A stretch of 64,000 bases of DNA from Hydrolagus affinis (lineage: Eukaryota): assembly GCA_012026655.1 (NCBI GenBank), contig JAAILG010000295.1:1-64000 (forward strand). Direction: 5' to 3'. The translations under genes were made by a program, and so were the position numbers. How positions within the stretch are numbered: the stretch's first letter is position 1; each line of letters opens with the position of its first letter. The notes under the pieces were generated by a model. It did no database searches, was not told where the DNA came from, and saw only the letters and a program-made list of their open reading frames with translations. This document shows positions 1-12,945 of the stretch, in pieces.

Positions 1-608
1 TCAGGTGGCCCGATTATCAGCTTGCAGGTTGGGACAACACTTGCTGACTGGGTGGTCCTGCTGCCTATTTTGATACGAATGACCAGAGGGAGTGAATTGC
101 TGTCTGTGCGCGGAGTTGTTTCTTGTCCATTTCTGGCCTGCAGGCCACTGGTTGACTACCACAGTGGTAGTTTATGTGCTCCAATATAGCTGGGATTAAC
201 AGCTCGTTTGCATGGGAGAGGCAACCTCAGACCTTGCCCTTCTTTTTCTTTCCTCAGTGCCACACACGTACAAACCTCACAGAACAACTCTTAACCCACA
301 TCACTGACCCTTCACAAGGCACTTTGCTTTAGGCTGGATGGCTGTAGCCTTCTCTCCTGGTCTTCACGCATCGCACAAGGTGTCTATTTAGCCGCAGATG
401 AATGGAGATTGAGTTACAGTCGTAAACACCAGGCAGGCCCTTTGCTCCAGCATGTAGCTCATTAGCAATGCCTGTCCACCCCATTTAGAACATGACCTGC
501 TTTGCCCTTGAATCAGAATAAGATCTTGATGGCCTTCACAGAAAGAAAGGGGAGATCAGAGCAAGTGGTTTGGGATGCGGCGGGGAGCTGGTTAAGTGTA
601 GTCCCATC

Positions 609-985
609 CCGTACCGTAGCCAAGTGGTTAGCATGCTAGCCTCGCAAGCAAGAGGACCTTAGGTTTCATTCCCGGGCAGGGTGAAATATTGGATAAGTTT
701 CCTTACTTCACACACCTTTGTTTCCCTAGCAGTAAGTGGGAACCCATTTGTTAGTCGACTTGCTTTCTGGGGGTAATAATTCCTAAAAAAAAAACAATTT
801 GGTCACTCAATGCCTGACAATTTGTAGGGCAATGCTAGCGCAATTGCTGCCACATTTTGCCTACAAAATAGACAAGTCAATCTTTACTTTACCATATAAT
901 CTATGAAGTGCTTTAAGACTTCTCAATGGTATGATCAGGCACTATGTCGAATGCAAAGATCATTACTACTGTATTATTATTATTT
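609..985 (+). mobile_element. tRNA-derived SINE, long form (tRNA head, CORE-like box, L2-type tail, (ATT)n); SINE2-1_CM-like
   Basis: A/B-box-like head gtagccaagtggttagc...ggtttcattccc; box ttggataagtttccttac...ctagcagtaag; tail tgaagtgcttt...ggcactatgtcgaatgcaaag followed by ATT repeats; many similar copies in the window. Confidence 0.85.
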
Positions 986-2620
986 ATTGTATAAAGTCTA
1001 TTTTAGTCTGGTTTCCTGCACGATACTTCCACCAAATACATAGTCAAAAAATTTATTTGTTAGAATCCCTCCATTTTGCACTCTTCCTTGGGACAGAAGG
1101 ATATGCGGTGGAGGGATTATGGGATTGAGATCTGAGGGGTCGTGGCTGAAAGCTCTGGGGTTGATACAATGGAATATTCCTTCCACAACACCACAGTAAA
1201 ACCAGCCAGGCTTAGTTACAGGGCAAGACACTGTATCTACAAATGGGTCAGAAACCCTACATGCCTCTCATCCAGCGAGCACATGGAGATCAGCGTATGC
1301 TAAAGCTCTGCCGGACATGAAGACATAAATAATAAGACATAAGACATAAGATAGCCCGAAAAGAGACAGAGGTTTTCATCCTGCTAAAAACCTGTCTTTA
1401 GTCATCTCCTTTTTTTGTAATAATAATAATCCTTGCATTTCATAAAGCACCATATCACATCATTGAGACGTCTCAAAGCACTCACAGAACATATTGCATT
1501 AGATATATAGATGCTTGACTGTATTTTGTGCATGAACCTTATAATAACAACAACAGCAAAATTACATTTATAGAGTGCCTTTCACATCGGAACAAGGGTT
1601 TGTTTGTGTGCAAACTGAGCTGTCTGGGCTATACTAGGGTGGTTGTTAATAATGAACGGTTGATAAATGGAGGTGGTTGCTCAAAAAGTTTTGTATGTGA
1701 AAGGCTCTATATAAGTGCAATTTCTTGTTGCAGATAGTGCTTATATCAGTTTCCATTTCAACTCCTTCAAAATGCCAGCGATCAAGAGGTGCGTGGGGTA
1801 CGTGTGACCGGGGCTGTGCTTTACAATGGCCGAATGCTTGTTCCGCTCAAATCCAAGGCATATCGAACATCAATTCAATCTCTCTCAATGCTCGGATCCC
1901 ACAGTTTTGAGATTCCCCCCAATCCGTACAACGTTTCTTGAAAACAAATCAATCTTGTTACCAGGGAACGATCATGTCACTGTCATAACCGATGCATTTC
2001 AGCTCAACCCAAGGTCCACAGTAACATGATCTTTCCTTGGGTGAAGCTTGGCCCCGTAATGTATATACCGTGCAATAAAATGAGAGTGGTGCTTGTTTTA
2101 CGGCCTCAGTATAGCACATTCCACTGTTTGGTCACAGCCTCGGGAGAATGTCAGGGAAGGGGGTGGGTTGGGGAGCAAGGACATTAACTGATAAGGCACT
2201 ACATTAAATGCAAGGTAATTGTTATTATGATTATTACAAAATATACAATAATTTCACTGTATCTTCTGTGAAGCACTTTAAGACATATTGAAGATGTGAT
2301 AAGGCACTCTTTTAAATGGAAGGATTATTATTGTTATTATTGTCTGGGAACCAAAACGCAGTGTTTTAGGCTGCCTAGTGAATTCGAACTTCAAGTTAAG
2401 AGCAGCAGATTGTATTATGAGCAGATCCTGGTCAATGTTCCTATAAAAGATGTACTGTACTTTGGTTTTTACAATGCGATACATGTAAACTATGTGTACA
2501 GAGAGGATTTTCTTTTTGGTCAGCGAGGTGTCTGTTACATCTGGAATCCCATCGCCATGCTGAAGAGTATCAAAACCAGACAAGAGTTTCATACAAGTAT
2601 TCTGGGATGCTACCCTGCAT

Positions 2621-2671
2621 GGTTGGTGGGGGGGGTGGGGGGGTGGGGGGTGGGTGGGGGGGTGGGGGGGG
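2621..2671 (+). repeat. G-rich (GnT)n tract, potential G-quadruplex
   Basis: Multiple runs of 3-8 G separated by single T. Confidence 0.85.
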
Positions 2672-3354
2672 TATATGAATGCAAGTTGTTGTTGCTGAAT
2701 CCAGACACGGTTTCACATAAGGATGCCACCTATACATGGAAGTTACCCTGTGTCTGGAATGGAATGTGCATTCTGTCTCTCTCTTAAGGGACTCACCCTG
2801 GTTACCTAATTCTGGACATTATTAGGCGTACATTGGAAGCCACTGTATCAAATGTAAAGATTATTATAATTGTTCTATTATATTTCAGTACTCTCTGAAG
2901 CTATCCTGCGTGACAGGCACTATGTAAATGCAAGTTGTTGCATTGAATTTACACATGGCACATAATAATGAATCCCAAGTGTCCATTATTTATTTGATTT
3001 GCAATGTCCCAGTGGTCCCAGACAGCTGTTCTACAATGGTTACTGGGGAGCAATGTTGGAGGATTTCTTCAACAACAGGGCTACTAGAAGGTATGAAAAA
3101 TCAGAGGTCAGAGCATATCAAAGGGAGCTACTGTACCGTGTTTTACATGGGGCCAATTTGCTTGGGCCTTGTTAAGACAGAAGATTCTTAATCTCTCATG
3201 GCAAATGTAGTAGCAATGATAGACAATGGGGAGTTACAGAAAAGTGCATTTGATCCAGTCAAAGGTGGATAACACACACTGACAGTCGGCCCTGGGTCAA
3301 ATGGGCTTCTGTGTTGAAACATCCTGCGGTCAATTCAATAAATGACACCAATGG

Positions 3355-3743
3355 TAATCCTTGCATTTGATTCAGTGCCTTTCACATCCGGAGACGTCTC
3401 AAAATGCTTCACAGGATTTACTGTAATGACTGTCTATTTTGCAGGCACATTTGACAGACAAGTTACACACAGCAATATTTCTTGCCCGCAAACAGTGATT
3501 TGGTGAAGGACCAATTTTTATCTGGGGTATTGTGGGCCGGGACATCAGGAGAAACTCCCTTCTCTTTTGAAATAGCGCCATGGGTTCTTTAACGTTCACC
3601 TGACCAGGCAGACGGAACCTCGTCGGTTTAATTTCCTGGAACGTCAGGCTAGATTGTGGGCTGAAAGTTCTGAAGAGGGGCTTGAACCCACAACCTTCTG
3701 ACTCAGAGGCGAGAGTGTTGCGACTGAGTGTCAGGCTGACACC
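3355..3743 (-). mobile_element. DeuSINE/SacSINE1-like SINE, near full length
   Basis: Reverse complement gives tRNA-like head (ctcagtcgcaacactctc...tgagtcagaaggttgtgggttcaagcccc), Deu-domain motif (gaacgttaaagaacccatggcgctattt) and L2-type tail. Confidence 0.8.
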
Positions 3744-4139
3744 TGACCTGTGTTTGAGTGGAGTTTAGTGGTCACTCAGGTTTGTAGAGATTGCTCACTG
3801 ATGCGGCTTACAGCGTGTGTCTTGCACAGCGCTGACTGAGTTCAGAATAATGTATAAATTATTTTCCCTTGAACGTGTTGCTAATTAATCTTCCCCTTGC
3901 TAATCTCTCCCTGCTCAGGCTCCCGTCTCTACGAGTAGATTTACGGAGCGACCCACTGATCCTGAGTTGCTTCGTGGATTTGGATAGTTTGCGGAAATTA
4001 ATCCTCAGACCCATGGTGATGCAAAACACTAACTGTTGTTTTAAGTACTTGAGGCGCCGTGCTGCCTGGGAGGCTCTCTCAGCGAGGCTGGTGTCAGCAG
4101 CTGGCTGGCAAACCCTTGGGGAGTGAGCGTGCCATGTCC

Positions 4140-4545
4140 GAGAGGGGGAAAGAGAGAGGGTGAGTGACAAAGATGGGGTGTGGGGTGGGGGGTGGAGGGG
4201 AAAGAGATGGGGGAATGCGGGGAAGTAAGGTATATACAGAGAGGGAATGAAAGAGAGGGGGGAGAGTTAAAGAGATAGAGAGTGAGAAAGGCAGATAAGG
4301 AATGGAAGGGAGTTCATGAGAAAGACGGCGGATGAGAAAGAGGGTAAGAAACAGGGAGACAGAGCGAGAGAGAAAGAGAGAGATGCGGAGAGAGTGATCA
4401 AGATATATACAAAGAGAGGGGGTTAAAGAGAGAGGAGAAGAGTTAGAAAGATAGAGGAAGGTATTGTTGGAAAAAGAGTGAGAAAGACAGAGAGAAAATA
4501 ATAAGAGCAGAGAGTGAGAAGGATGGATATACAGAGAGAGAGAGA
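4140..4545. repeat. Purine-rich (GA) low-complexity tract
   Basis: About 400 bp that is almost entirely G/A on the + strand. Confidence 0.9.
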
Positions 4546-5044
4546 AGGGCTGGTGACAGATTGGAAGATTCTGTGTGGTTCAACCACAATTAAGCAGATT
4601 GAAAGCTGCCAATGGCTGAGACTGTGAGCTGAAGGCTGCACCCTGTTTCCCTGCCAGCGACTGGTGATTCTGGGCACAGAAACCCTGACCCCTGTGAGCC
4701 CAAGCCCTGCTCTCACCTTTGACCCCCTGGGGTACATCCCAGCTCATGTGAACTGACTTAAAAAGCCTGATATTGCTTTCCCCCTAAGAAACTCGTTCCG
4801 CGTTCAGCGTTACAATCTGTCACGGCATTTTCACACTCCACATTACGAGCAACAGTAAAATCATTTTACACTGAATTAAGGCTTGTTGTGACAGCTTGCA
4901 GTGTCTCTGCCGGTTGGTGGGAATCCAATCCTTTCTTTAAAAGGGAGATGCACATTCACTAAGACATTCTGGGTCTAGTCCAGCAAAGAGAGAATGGAGA
5001 CGGTCTGGAGCTCTAGCCTTGCTATGACAGTTCCCCTACAGTAA

Positions 5045-5405
5045 GGCTCTCAAGGGTGTGGGTTCAAGCCCCGGTCGGGCTACTTGAAATCATAGTCTAA
5101 GATGACAATGCAGTACTGGGAGAGAGGGGGTTTGGTGGTGGTGTTGGTGGCAGTGCAATCCTTCAAATAAGACATTAAACCGAGGTCAATTTACCTGTTC
5201 AGATGAATGTTAAAGATCCCATAGCACTACTTGAGAAGAGAAGGGAGTTTCTCTCTCTAGGTCCTGGCCAATAATCCCCCAAATAATGTTGGTTCCATGG
5301 CTGTTTTGGGGTATATTACCGTGTGAAACTGACCGCTGCATTTTGCCCACAAAATATACATCAATCAACTTTACAGTATATTCTGTGAAGCGCCTTGAGA
5401 CATCT
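5045..5405 (+). mobile_element. DeuSINE-like SINE; tail interrupted by a younger SINE and resuming at 5706-5720
   Basis: gtgggttcaagccc head; gacattaaaccgaggtc...gttaaagatcccatagcacta Deu motif; tail breaks at gagacatct and resumes as atctcgatgacgtga. Confidence 0.8.
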
Positions 5406-5705
5406 GGTGGAGTCCTGTAGCTCAATGGTTAGAACACTTGCCTTACAAGCGAGAGACCTGGATTCAATTCCAGGCAGGGTGAAACCTTGAGCAAGTTTCC
5501 TTACTCTACACACTTCAAAAAAAATGGTAATTTCAATCCATGACTGATTATGGGACACTGCTGTGCGCAATTGTTTACCGTGTTTTGCCCACAAATATAC
5601 AGTCGATTTCACTTTACAGTATATTCCGTGAAGCGCTTTGAGACGTCTCGAAGACGTGAAAAGCAGCGTACCATATCCAATAATCCTTGGATTATTATTA
5701 TTATT
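5406..5705 (+). mobile_element. tRNA-derived SINE, short form, nested
   Basis: gagtcctgtagctcaatggttagaacac head, accttgagcaagtttccttactc box, full tail and (ATT)n. Confidence 0.9.
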
Positions 5706-6519
5706 ATCTCGATGACGTGACAACAATCTCTCTCTGTCTTCTCTACATCTTTCTCCCTCTCCTCTACATGATTCTCTCCCTGTCTCTATATTTTTCTCTC
5801 ACTCTACAGACCATCAATAAGTTGACACTTTCTTGCAAAGTTCATATATTGATATTCTATTGAATGCATAAAATAGACATCGAAAGCATGGATTCTTATA
5901 AAGGGATCGAAAAGCTCTTTTCTTGGCCAGTGCAATGCCTGTTTTTTGTGGTTGGGCAAAACATATCATATGTTACCGTGAGACCATTTCAATGATTTTT
6001 GTTCGTAAATTTGGTAAACAACAATAGGTGTTCAGCCACTGACCATGTAAGTGCCCCGAGTGTGTGAATTCAGGGCTGCAGTGAAATCCGAGTGGCTGGG
6101 AATAAATGCTATCTATCCAGGTATGCTTAGTCGGCAGTGTTTTGCGTCCCTCGTCATTCACAAGATCCTGTGGTGCAGGCTGTAATTCATTCATTCCCCA
6201 GGAACCAGCTGTCTGTCTGTCCCCTCCTGGAAAGACAGCCGAGTTAGGAGTGTCACACCATTTGTGAAACCCATCTCAGCCTGGCTAATGCCCCTTGTTA
6301 AAGCCCAACAATTGACCATTCATAGGCACAGGGTCCAGAGTTCCTGTGTCCCTTAATGACTTAGCCATGTCAGCACCCGACCAGTGCCTGGGAAAAATTG
6401 ATGCTTCGCACACAAGGCACTGGGGACTGTTTAGAGCTTTCTAGCACAAAGGGGAGGAGAGGAGTGGGAAGAGCATACTCAGGCCCACTGAAAGGATGGT
6501 GAAATTATAGGTTGATGTT

Positions 6520-6812
6520 TCCAATACAATGCTTGGGGAGCATTGCATCAGATGAGGTATTAATCCAATGCCCTGTCTGCCAGTTCAGTTGGACATTAAA
6601 GATCCCATGGCATAGGCGGAAAAGAGAAGAGAGTTCCTCACTTCCCATGTCTTGGCCAACAATCCCCCAGATATAATTGGTGACTCACTTCATGCCTGAA
6701 GTGGGTGAAGCAAAATGGCTGCCATGTTCCCCACAAAATACAGTCACAATACCTGACAGACAACACTCAATGACTTGGTAAGGTGCCATATGAAATACAA
6801 GGATTATTATTA
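6520..6812 (+). mobile_element. DeuSINE-like SINE fragment
   Basis: ggacattaaagatcccatggca...ttggccaacaatccccc motif, then tail aaggattattatt. Confidence 0.7.
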
Positions 6813-9164
6813 TCCCTGTATTAACTGACAGAGAGAAGGGCTTTCAGTAAAGAGTACCGGTAGTTCACATTGCAGCTTGGCATATCTTCCCCCCACAACC
6901 CTCTAATACATTTGTTTGTTGCCTCTGTCCCTTTCTTCCAAGGGAAGGTGGCAATCAGATGTGTTGTTCTGACCCTGATGGTGATGATCAGTAATGATGT
7001 CAGTCAATAAAGAGTGTTGTGTTCTCTGCAGGAAGGCTAGCACATTGGCCCAGATGGGTTCCAGCTACCTTCTGGGTTTTACAGCTCGCTTCCCTTTGAA
7101 GTCCCCATTAGCATATGTGTGTGGCTCAATAAAACTGGGGGATGCCACTTGTTTGTCCCTCCACATAGAAGGGACAGAAATGCTGTGGCTATTTCTTTCT
7201 ATCCCATTAATCATCACACAATTGATTGCCAGATAGATTAGATAATCTGTCCTTTCCCCTATTCCCCTAGCGCAGGGATGGGTAAATTGATGTGTGTAAC
7301 TGTATAGATAGACTATAACATCTTGTATGCTGTAATAAGCAACACTTATTACACATTAATTATATGGGAATTCTTTCAAGCTGTTTTGGGTTCCATCATT
7401 CCTTGCATTTGCTACACTGCCTCTTCACTTTGAAATGTCTCAAAGAGCTTCAAAGAGTAGTGACTGAAGCATATTGACTGTAAATGTTTCTCACGATCAG
7501 ACCACAGGGAGGCGCAAGTTACTTGGTCCCCACCTGTTCATGGGACAGTGTCCCTCTTCCCATTGCCATGTCTCCCCTTGCTCCCATGCCTCAAATTCCA
7601 AATGCATTGCAGACCATTAGTGCTAGTTACTGGCAGTCTCCACCAATGTAGTGTGACGCTGCTGTATCCAGAAATGAACACTCCTCACGCAATGCTTGTC
7701 CCGTGATCTATGTACAGAATGAGGCTGCAACACACCACAGGCATCTCACCACAACATAGAATGACTTCATTGCCCTTTAGAGTTCATCCTGTGAAGTGCT
7801 ATGGGATGTCCTTCTGATGTGCAAGGCATTATATCAAAAGTTTGGATCTGGGTAGGCTTATGACTCATAGGCTGTGTTTCCACATTGAAGTAAATAACCA
7901 ACTAAAACGTAAATCATTGGTGCCCAATAAATGCTGGCTACAGAGATATAGATAGACTATATTGTCTCAAGTCAAGCGGAAGTGGCCATCAATAAGTGGC
8001 CTCCCAAAACGTTCTTATGAGACTGGGTAATTCCGTGTTCGATCGCTAATGTGTTTCCAGGTTTTTCCGTAGTGAGTATTTATGGCATAAATCAAGAAAT
8101 ATTCAATCAAGAAAACGTGTTTTGTTGGCCGACCCAAACGTTTGTATTTCCTTTCTGTAATCGCGTATACGGTGCTGAAGTTTTGGCAAGTATCCTGGGC
8201 GGCTCTTGGGCCCCACCCAGTGGCCAGGTATGGAACCAGCGTTGACCTGGGAACTGCTGTGTTACCTGCAGATGTCTCGTACAACTTTCACATTGGTGAA
8301 AGGCCGGCTCACAACACTTCGCAAGATGTATTGTACAGTGTAGTGCAGTGCACCCCAGTACTGCATTGTAGTGTAATAAACTAAATAGCTCATTGCTATT
8401 TGCGAGACATCGGTGTGCACAAATTGACCACTGTGTTTTTATCTCCAAAAACACACAGTCGCCACACTTTACAGTAAATTGTGTGAAGCACTTTGAGGCA
8501 TCCTCTTGATGTGAAAGATGCAATGTCAAATGTTAGGATTATGGTTTCAGCTTTGGAATGAAACTGTACTCCCCGAGGAACAGACTTGCTTCAAGTCTGT
8601 ATTGAAGGCTCATTTCCACAGGGAAGTGATCAATCTCAGGTCTGAATGTGCTGCCTGTGCTCACAGGTTTGGGCATGTGAGGAGCAGGTGCAAAGCTCAC
8701 TTCTATGTGGACACTGTTGTAAGTGCCTCTTTTGCTCTCCTCCCGGACTCCGCATTACAAGTTTGCTTCCTGTGCCACGACCCTGGGTTCCTGACCTGCT
8801 ACTGTAACTCATCTCCTGTGACTGGCAGTTGTAATTCCCAATTACCACGCTGCGCTCTCCCACTCCATCGCTGAATTTCATTCCAATTTCATTGCAGCCA
8901 TCTCCTCTTTCCCACTCCATCTACCTCCACTTTGCCCTCCGGCATCTCTCTCAAGGCCAACCAAGGAAGAACTCTTAAAGGTGCTTTTTCCCTCTCGCAT
9001 AGGTGGAGCATTCCACCTCCCCTTCAATCAAGTCTTACAATGTAACCTCCAAAATATTTGAAAGCACTCTCTCTGAAAAGTATATCTCCCCATAAACTCC
9101 TATCTTCATGGTATGACTAGTAGGTTCTGTGCATGCTCAGCTCTTGCACTCAAATGCTGAGATG

Positions 9165-9312
9165 CCTCTGTCTTAACTCAGTTGGTAGGCTCGCGCACCA
9201 GCACCAGAAAGTTATGAGTTCAAATCTCCTCATTGAGACTTTGAGCTTACCTGTTACGTTGACACTTCAAAGCACTGCTGGATTGTCGGAGGTTCTTCGG
9301 ATGAAATGTTAT
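9165..9312 (+). mobile_element. DeuSINE 5' half truncated by the adjacent CR1
   Basis: ctcagttggtagg...gagttcaaat head; gtcggaggt...cggatgaaatgtta start of Deu domain abuts the CR1 tail. Confidence 0.65.
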
Positions 9313-10306
9313 ATCATAGAATCATAGAATTTTACGGCACAAATGGAGGCCATTCGGCCTATCTAGGCTGTGCCGACTCTTTGAAAAGATCAACTCAATC
9401 TCACCGCCCAGCTCTCTCCCCATAACTAACAGACCCGTTCTCCCTAAATAAAGTTATAATTCTCTTTTAAAAGCTGCTATCGAATCAGCCTCCACCACCT
9501 TTTCAGGATTTGAGATTCCAGATTTGAACAACCCGCTGAGTGAAAAATTTCTCTTCAGCTCCCCTTTGCTTTCTTTTGAAACTATTTTAAATCTGTGACC
9601 ACGAGTCACAGATTCACCCACCAATGGAAACTATTCACCTATTCCTATTTCCTATTCACCCTGTCGAATCCCCTCATGATTTTATAAATCTCTATTAGGT
9701 TTCCTCTCAACTTTCTCTATTCTAAAGAGAATAAACCTAACCTATCTAGCCTTTCCTCAAAACTGAAGTCCCTCAATCCTGGTACCATTCTAGTAAACCT
9801 TCTTTGCACCCATTCCAATGCCTTAACATCCTTTCTATAGTGTTCTGGTGGTGACCAGAATTGGACACAGTACTCCAGCTAAGCTTAACCAAAGTTTTAT
9901 AGAGGTTAGTCAGCATTTCCTGACTTTTGTACTCTATGCCCCTATTTATAAAGCCTAGTATCCCATATGCCTTCTTAACGGCTTTGTCTACCTGTCCTGC
10001 CACCTTCAAAGAGTCACTAACACAAATCCCCAGGTCTCTCTGTTCCCCCACACCCCTTAAAATTGCACTACCTAGCCTATATTGCCTCCCCTCATTTATT
10101 TTCCCAAAATGTATACCTCACACTTCTCTGCATTAAACTTCATCTGTCATGTGTCTGCCCACTTTACCATTTTATCTATACTTTCTTGCAGATGGTTACT
10201 ATCCTCCTCACTATTTACTATTCTCCCTAACTTAGTATCATCTACAAACTTGGAAACTGTGCTCCCTACACCCAAGTCCAGTTCAGTAATATATATTAAA
10301 AAGAGC
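9313..10306 (-). mobile_element. CR1 LINE, 5'-truncated 3' end (ORF2 C-terminus, 3'UTR, (ATTCTATG)n tail); frameshifted
   Basis: ORF 9773-10051 QRDLGICVSDSLKVAGQVDKAVKKAYGILGFINRGIEYKSQEMLTNLYKTLV is typical CR1 ORF2; terminal atcatagaatcatagaat is the reverse complement of the CR1 8-bp tail. Confidence 0.93.
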
Positions 10307-10650
10307 TTGATTGCCTTCTCTTTTTGATCATGGAATCTTTAACATAATCTCTAACAATCTGAACACCAGGGTATATACTGAGTGACTTAAAGTCCTTACT
10401 CAGAGGTCTAGATGAGAAGCTCAAACTGCATGTTGGGTAGACTTTACTTGTATCAACTTATATCAACATTTTCACAAACACAATGAAAGACATCCTGTAA
10501 TAGCTCTGTACTCTGTACCAATGTTGTCTTAAGAACACAATTTATAATTACAAATTGTGAATAAGGACATACTTGATTAGTATACATCATTCAGGTCACT
10601 ACACTAGTATTCTAGAACCGTTGTAGAATTATCACCAAATCCTAGAAGTT

Positions 10651-10830
10651 AATAATAATAATTCTTGCATTTTGATATAGTGCTTTTCACATCTTCTAGA
10701 CATCTCAAAGTGCTTCACAGAATATACTGTAAAGTGAATTGACAGTATGTATGTGGGTAAAACGCGGCAGCCAATTGCACACACCAGTGTCCCATAAACA
10801 GTTGTGGATTGAAATGACCCATTTATTATT
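10651..10830 (-). mobile_element. 5'-truncated SINE (tail half)
   Basis: aataataat...cttgcatttgatatagtgcttttcacatcttctagacatctcaaag is the reverse complement of the SINE tail. Confidence 0.85.
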
Positions 10831-10850
10831 TTAGATCCACAACTGTGGAT

Positions 10851-10901
10851 CAAATATTTTCTATCTCTGCTTTTTTTTACAGCAGAGATAGAAAATATTT
10901 G
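10851..10901. repeat. Perfect 21-bp inverted repeat with a 9-nt loop
   Basis: caaatattttctatctctgct / agcagagatagaaaatatttg are exact reverse complements. Confidence 0.9.
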
Positions 10902-12159
10902 GTCAACTATTAATCATGAGTTATGTTGCATGGTATTCACAGGCCATCGTACAATCGGGGAATTCAAGAACTCACAGTGTTCTAGAATAGTAGTTTATGA
11001 TGTCCTCCTGATGTGAAAGGTACTATACAAAGTGTCATTTTATTGTTGTCATGACAGGCACTATACTGATTTGAACAAGATTTTGAATTGAATGTTTAGA
11101 GAAATGGTGCCATATTCTGGAATGCTATATTGCACTGCAGAGTTTTGCGTTGATTTAGAACAGATCTTTTCGCCGCGTGGTATCACAGATAAAACTGTTT
11201 AACATCAAACGTGAGACACATCAGAGATTATAATGGTAAAGAATTTTTATTTTTACATTTAACAATAACTACAAGCATTGCATTTGATAGCACTTGATCT
11301 GATTGTCGAGATATCTCCAATCTTTTCAGAGAATATAGTGTAAAATGACGTGACTGTGTGTGTATGTGGGAAAATGTGGCAGGCAATTTGAGTTATAACA
11401 ACTTCCCATAAACTGCCATGAAGTGAGTTACCAATTTTATTTGGGGATTGTTGGCCAAGACACTGGGAGAGAGAAACTTCCTTCTCTTTAAAATTAAGGT
11501 TTAATTTTAGACTCCTATTCCTGATTGACACTCCAATGCAGTATTAGATTATTAGCGATGGATTCCAGCTATGTTTTTTTTAATGTTTTATTTTCCGAAT
11601 GCTGGCTTTGTTATTTGTCGACTGAGAAGGTCTAACTCAGACTCCTGCCCATTAAAGTGAGCTGGGCAAAAACCCAGGCACAGAACACATTCAACATCTG
11701 TGCAATGTTCCTATGAAATCATAGCCGTACACAAGAGCCGATGACTCTGTCCCTTTGGGTATTGTTGAAGCTTTCTCTTCCCAGCTCAGAGATTAATTTC
11801 ACTCGTGAATCATAACATTAAAACTCTTTTCAGCCAGACTAACAGAAACATGCGTGTTACACTGGAAATCGTGACTGTGGCACGGTGAGCCCAGATCCTC
11901 TTTTGTAGCGCTGGTCTCAAAGACTATTATTAGCAAGAATCTGGGTGCTTCTATATACTGCTGTTACCTCAGGAGAATACACTCATACCAGAGATATTCA
12001 GGCTGTGTCCATGGGTAGAGTTACCTCTTAAGTATTTATATCACAGGGTCTCATATGCCTCTATCTTACTGCTGCTTGTCTTAGTAACTTGACTTGTTGC
12101 TGGGAGGACAGGCCACAACCTGATGTGCTGTGAATTTTAGTTGTGGGCCATCAACCCTC

Positions 12160-12460
12160 ATCCTGGCTTAGTAGGTTGCACTCTCATCTCTGAGTCAGAA
12201 AGTTCAAAACCCCCTATCGGGCCTTTGAGTTCATAGTCTAGGCTGATATTCCAGTGCAATGCAAAAAGGCACAGAAAAGAGGAGGGAGTTTCTCACGATA
12301 TCCTGGTCAACAAATCTCAATATAAAATGTGCCATTTACTTTATGGCTGTTTGCTGGACATGGCAGGCATAAGATAGACATCGACAATAATAGGTCCAAC
12401 GCCTTGGAATGTCCTCCCATTGTGAAAGGCACTATTCAAATGTAATTATGTTATTGTTGT
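12160..12460 (+). mobile_element. DeuSINE-like SINE with internal deletion
   Basis: ctggcttagtaggttgcactctc...tgagtcagaaag head; catagtctaggctga; tail gtgaaaggcactat. Confidence 0.7.
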
Positions 12461-12945
12461 AATACTGTTTTGACATATGAAAATGTTACAAAGAGGGAAG
12501 CATCACTGAAGATCACAAGATTGGCTTGGATAAAGAAGTCCATTCGGTTCATCTGATCTCATCCCTGCAGAATAGCACTCACACCACCCCACTCTCATCC
12601 CCCCCATGATATACATAGAGAGTTAATGACTGTGAGTCATGAAATAGGATTATGATGATAATTACTATGACCATGCCATGGTTCCTGTATAGAATAGTGG
12701 ATATATATAATGCAAAGTTACATTTATGTAGTGCCTTCCATGTCAGGAGGATGTCTCAAGATCCTGAATGGGTCCAAGTTGCAAGCTGGAGGCTGGATAT
12801 GTATCATAATGAATCCCCAAGGGTGTATTACACACTGGATATCCAGTGAATGAATTGGGAGTAATTAATATTACATATGTTATGGATCCCATAGTGAATT
12901 ATAGAATCCATTTGCGATTTGGGATGTATCTAGAGAACCACGGAT

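Noticed and set aside
1200-1410. Possible 3' end of another LINE with an (AGACATA)n tail and a small hairpin
   Set aside because: No coding remnant or second copy in the window to support a family assignment
2296-2787. 163-aa ORF
   Set aside because: Starts in a SINE tail, runs through a G tract and an L2 tail; no recognisable domain
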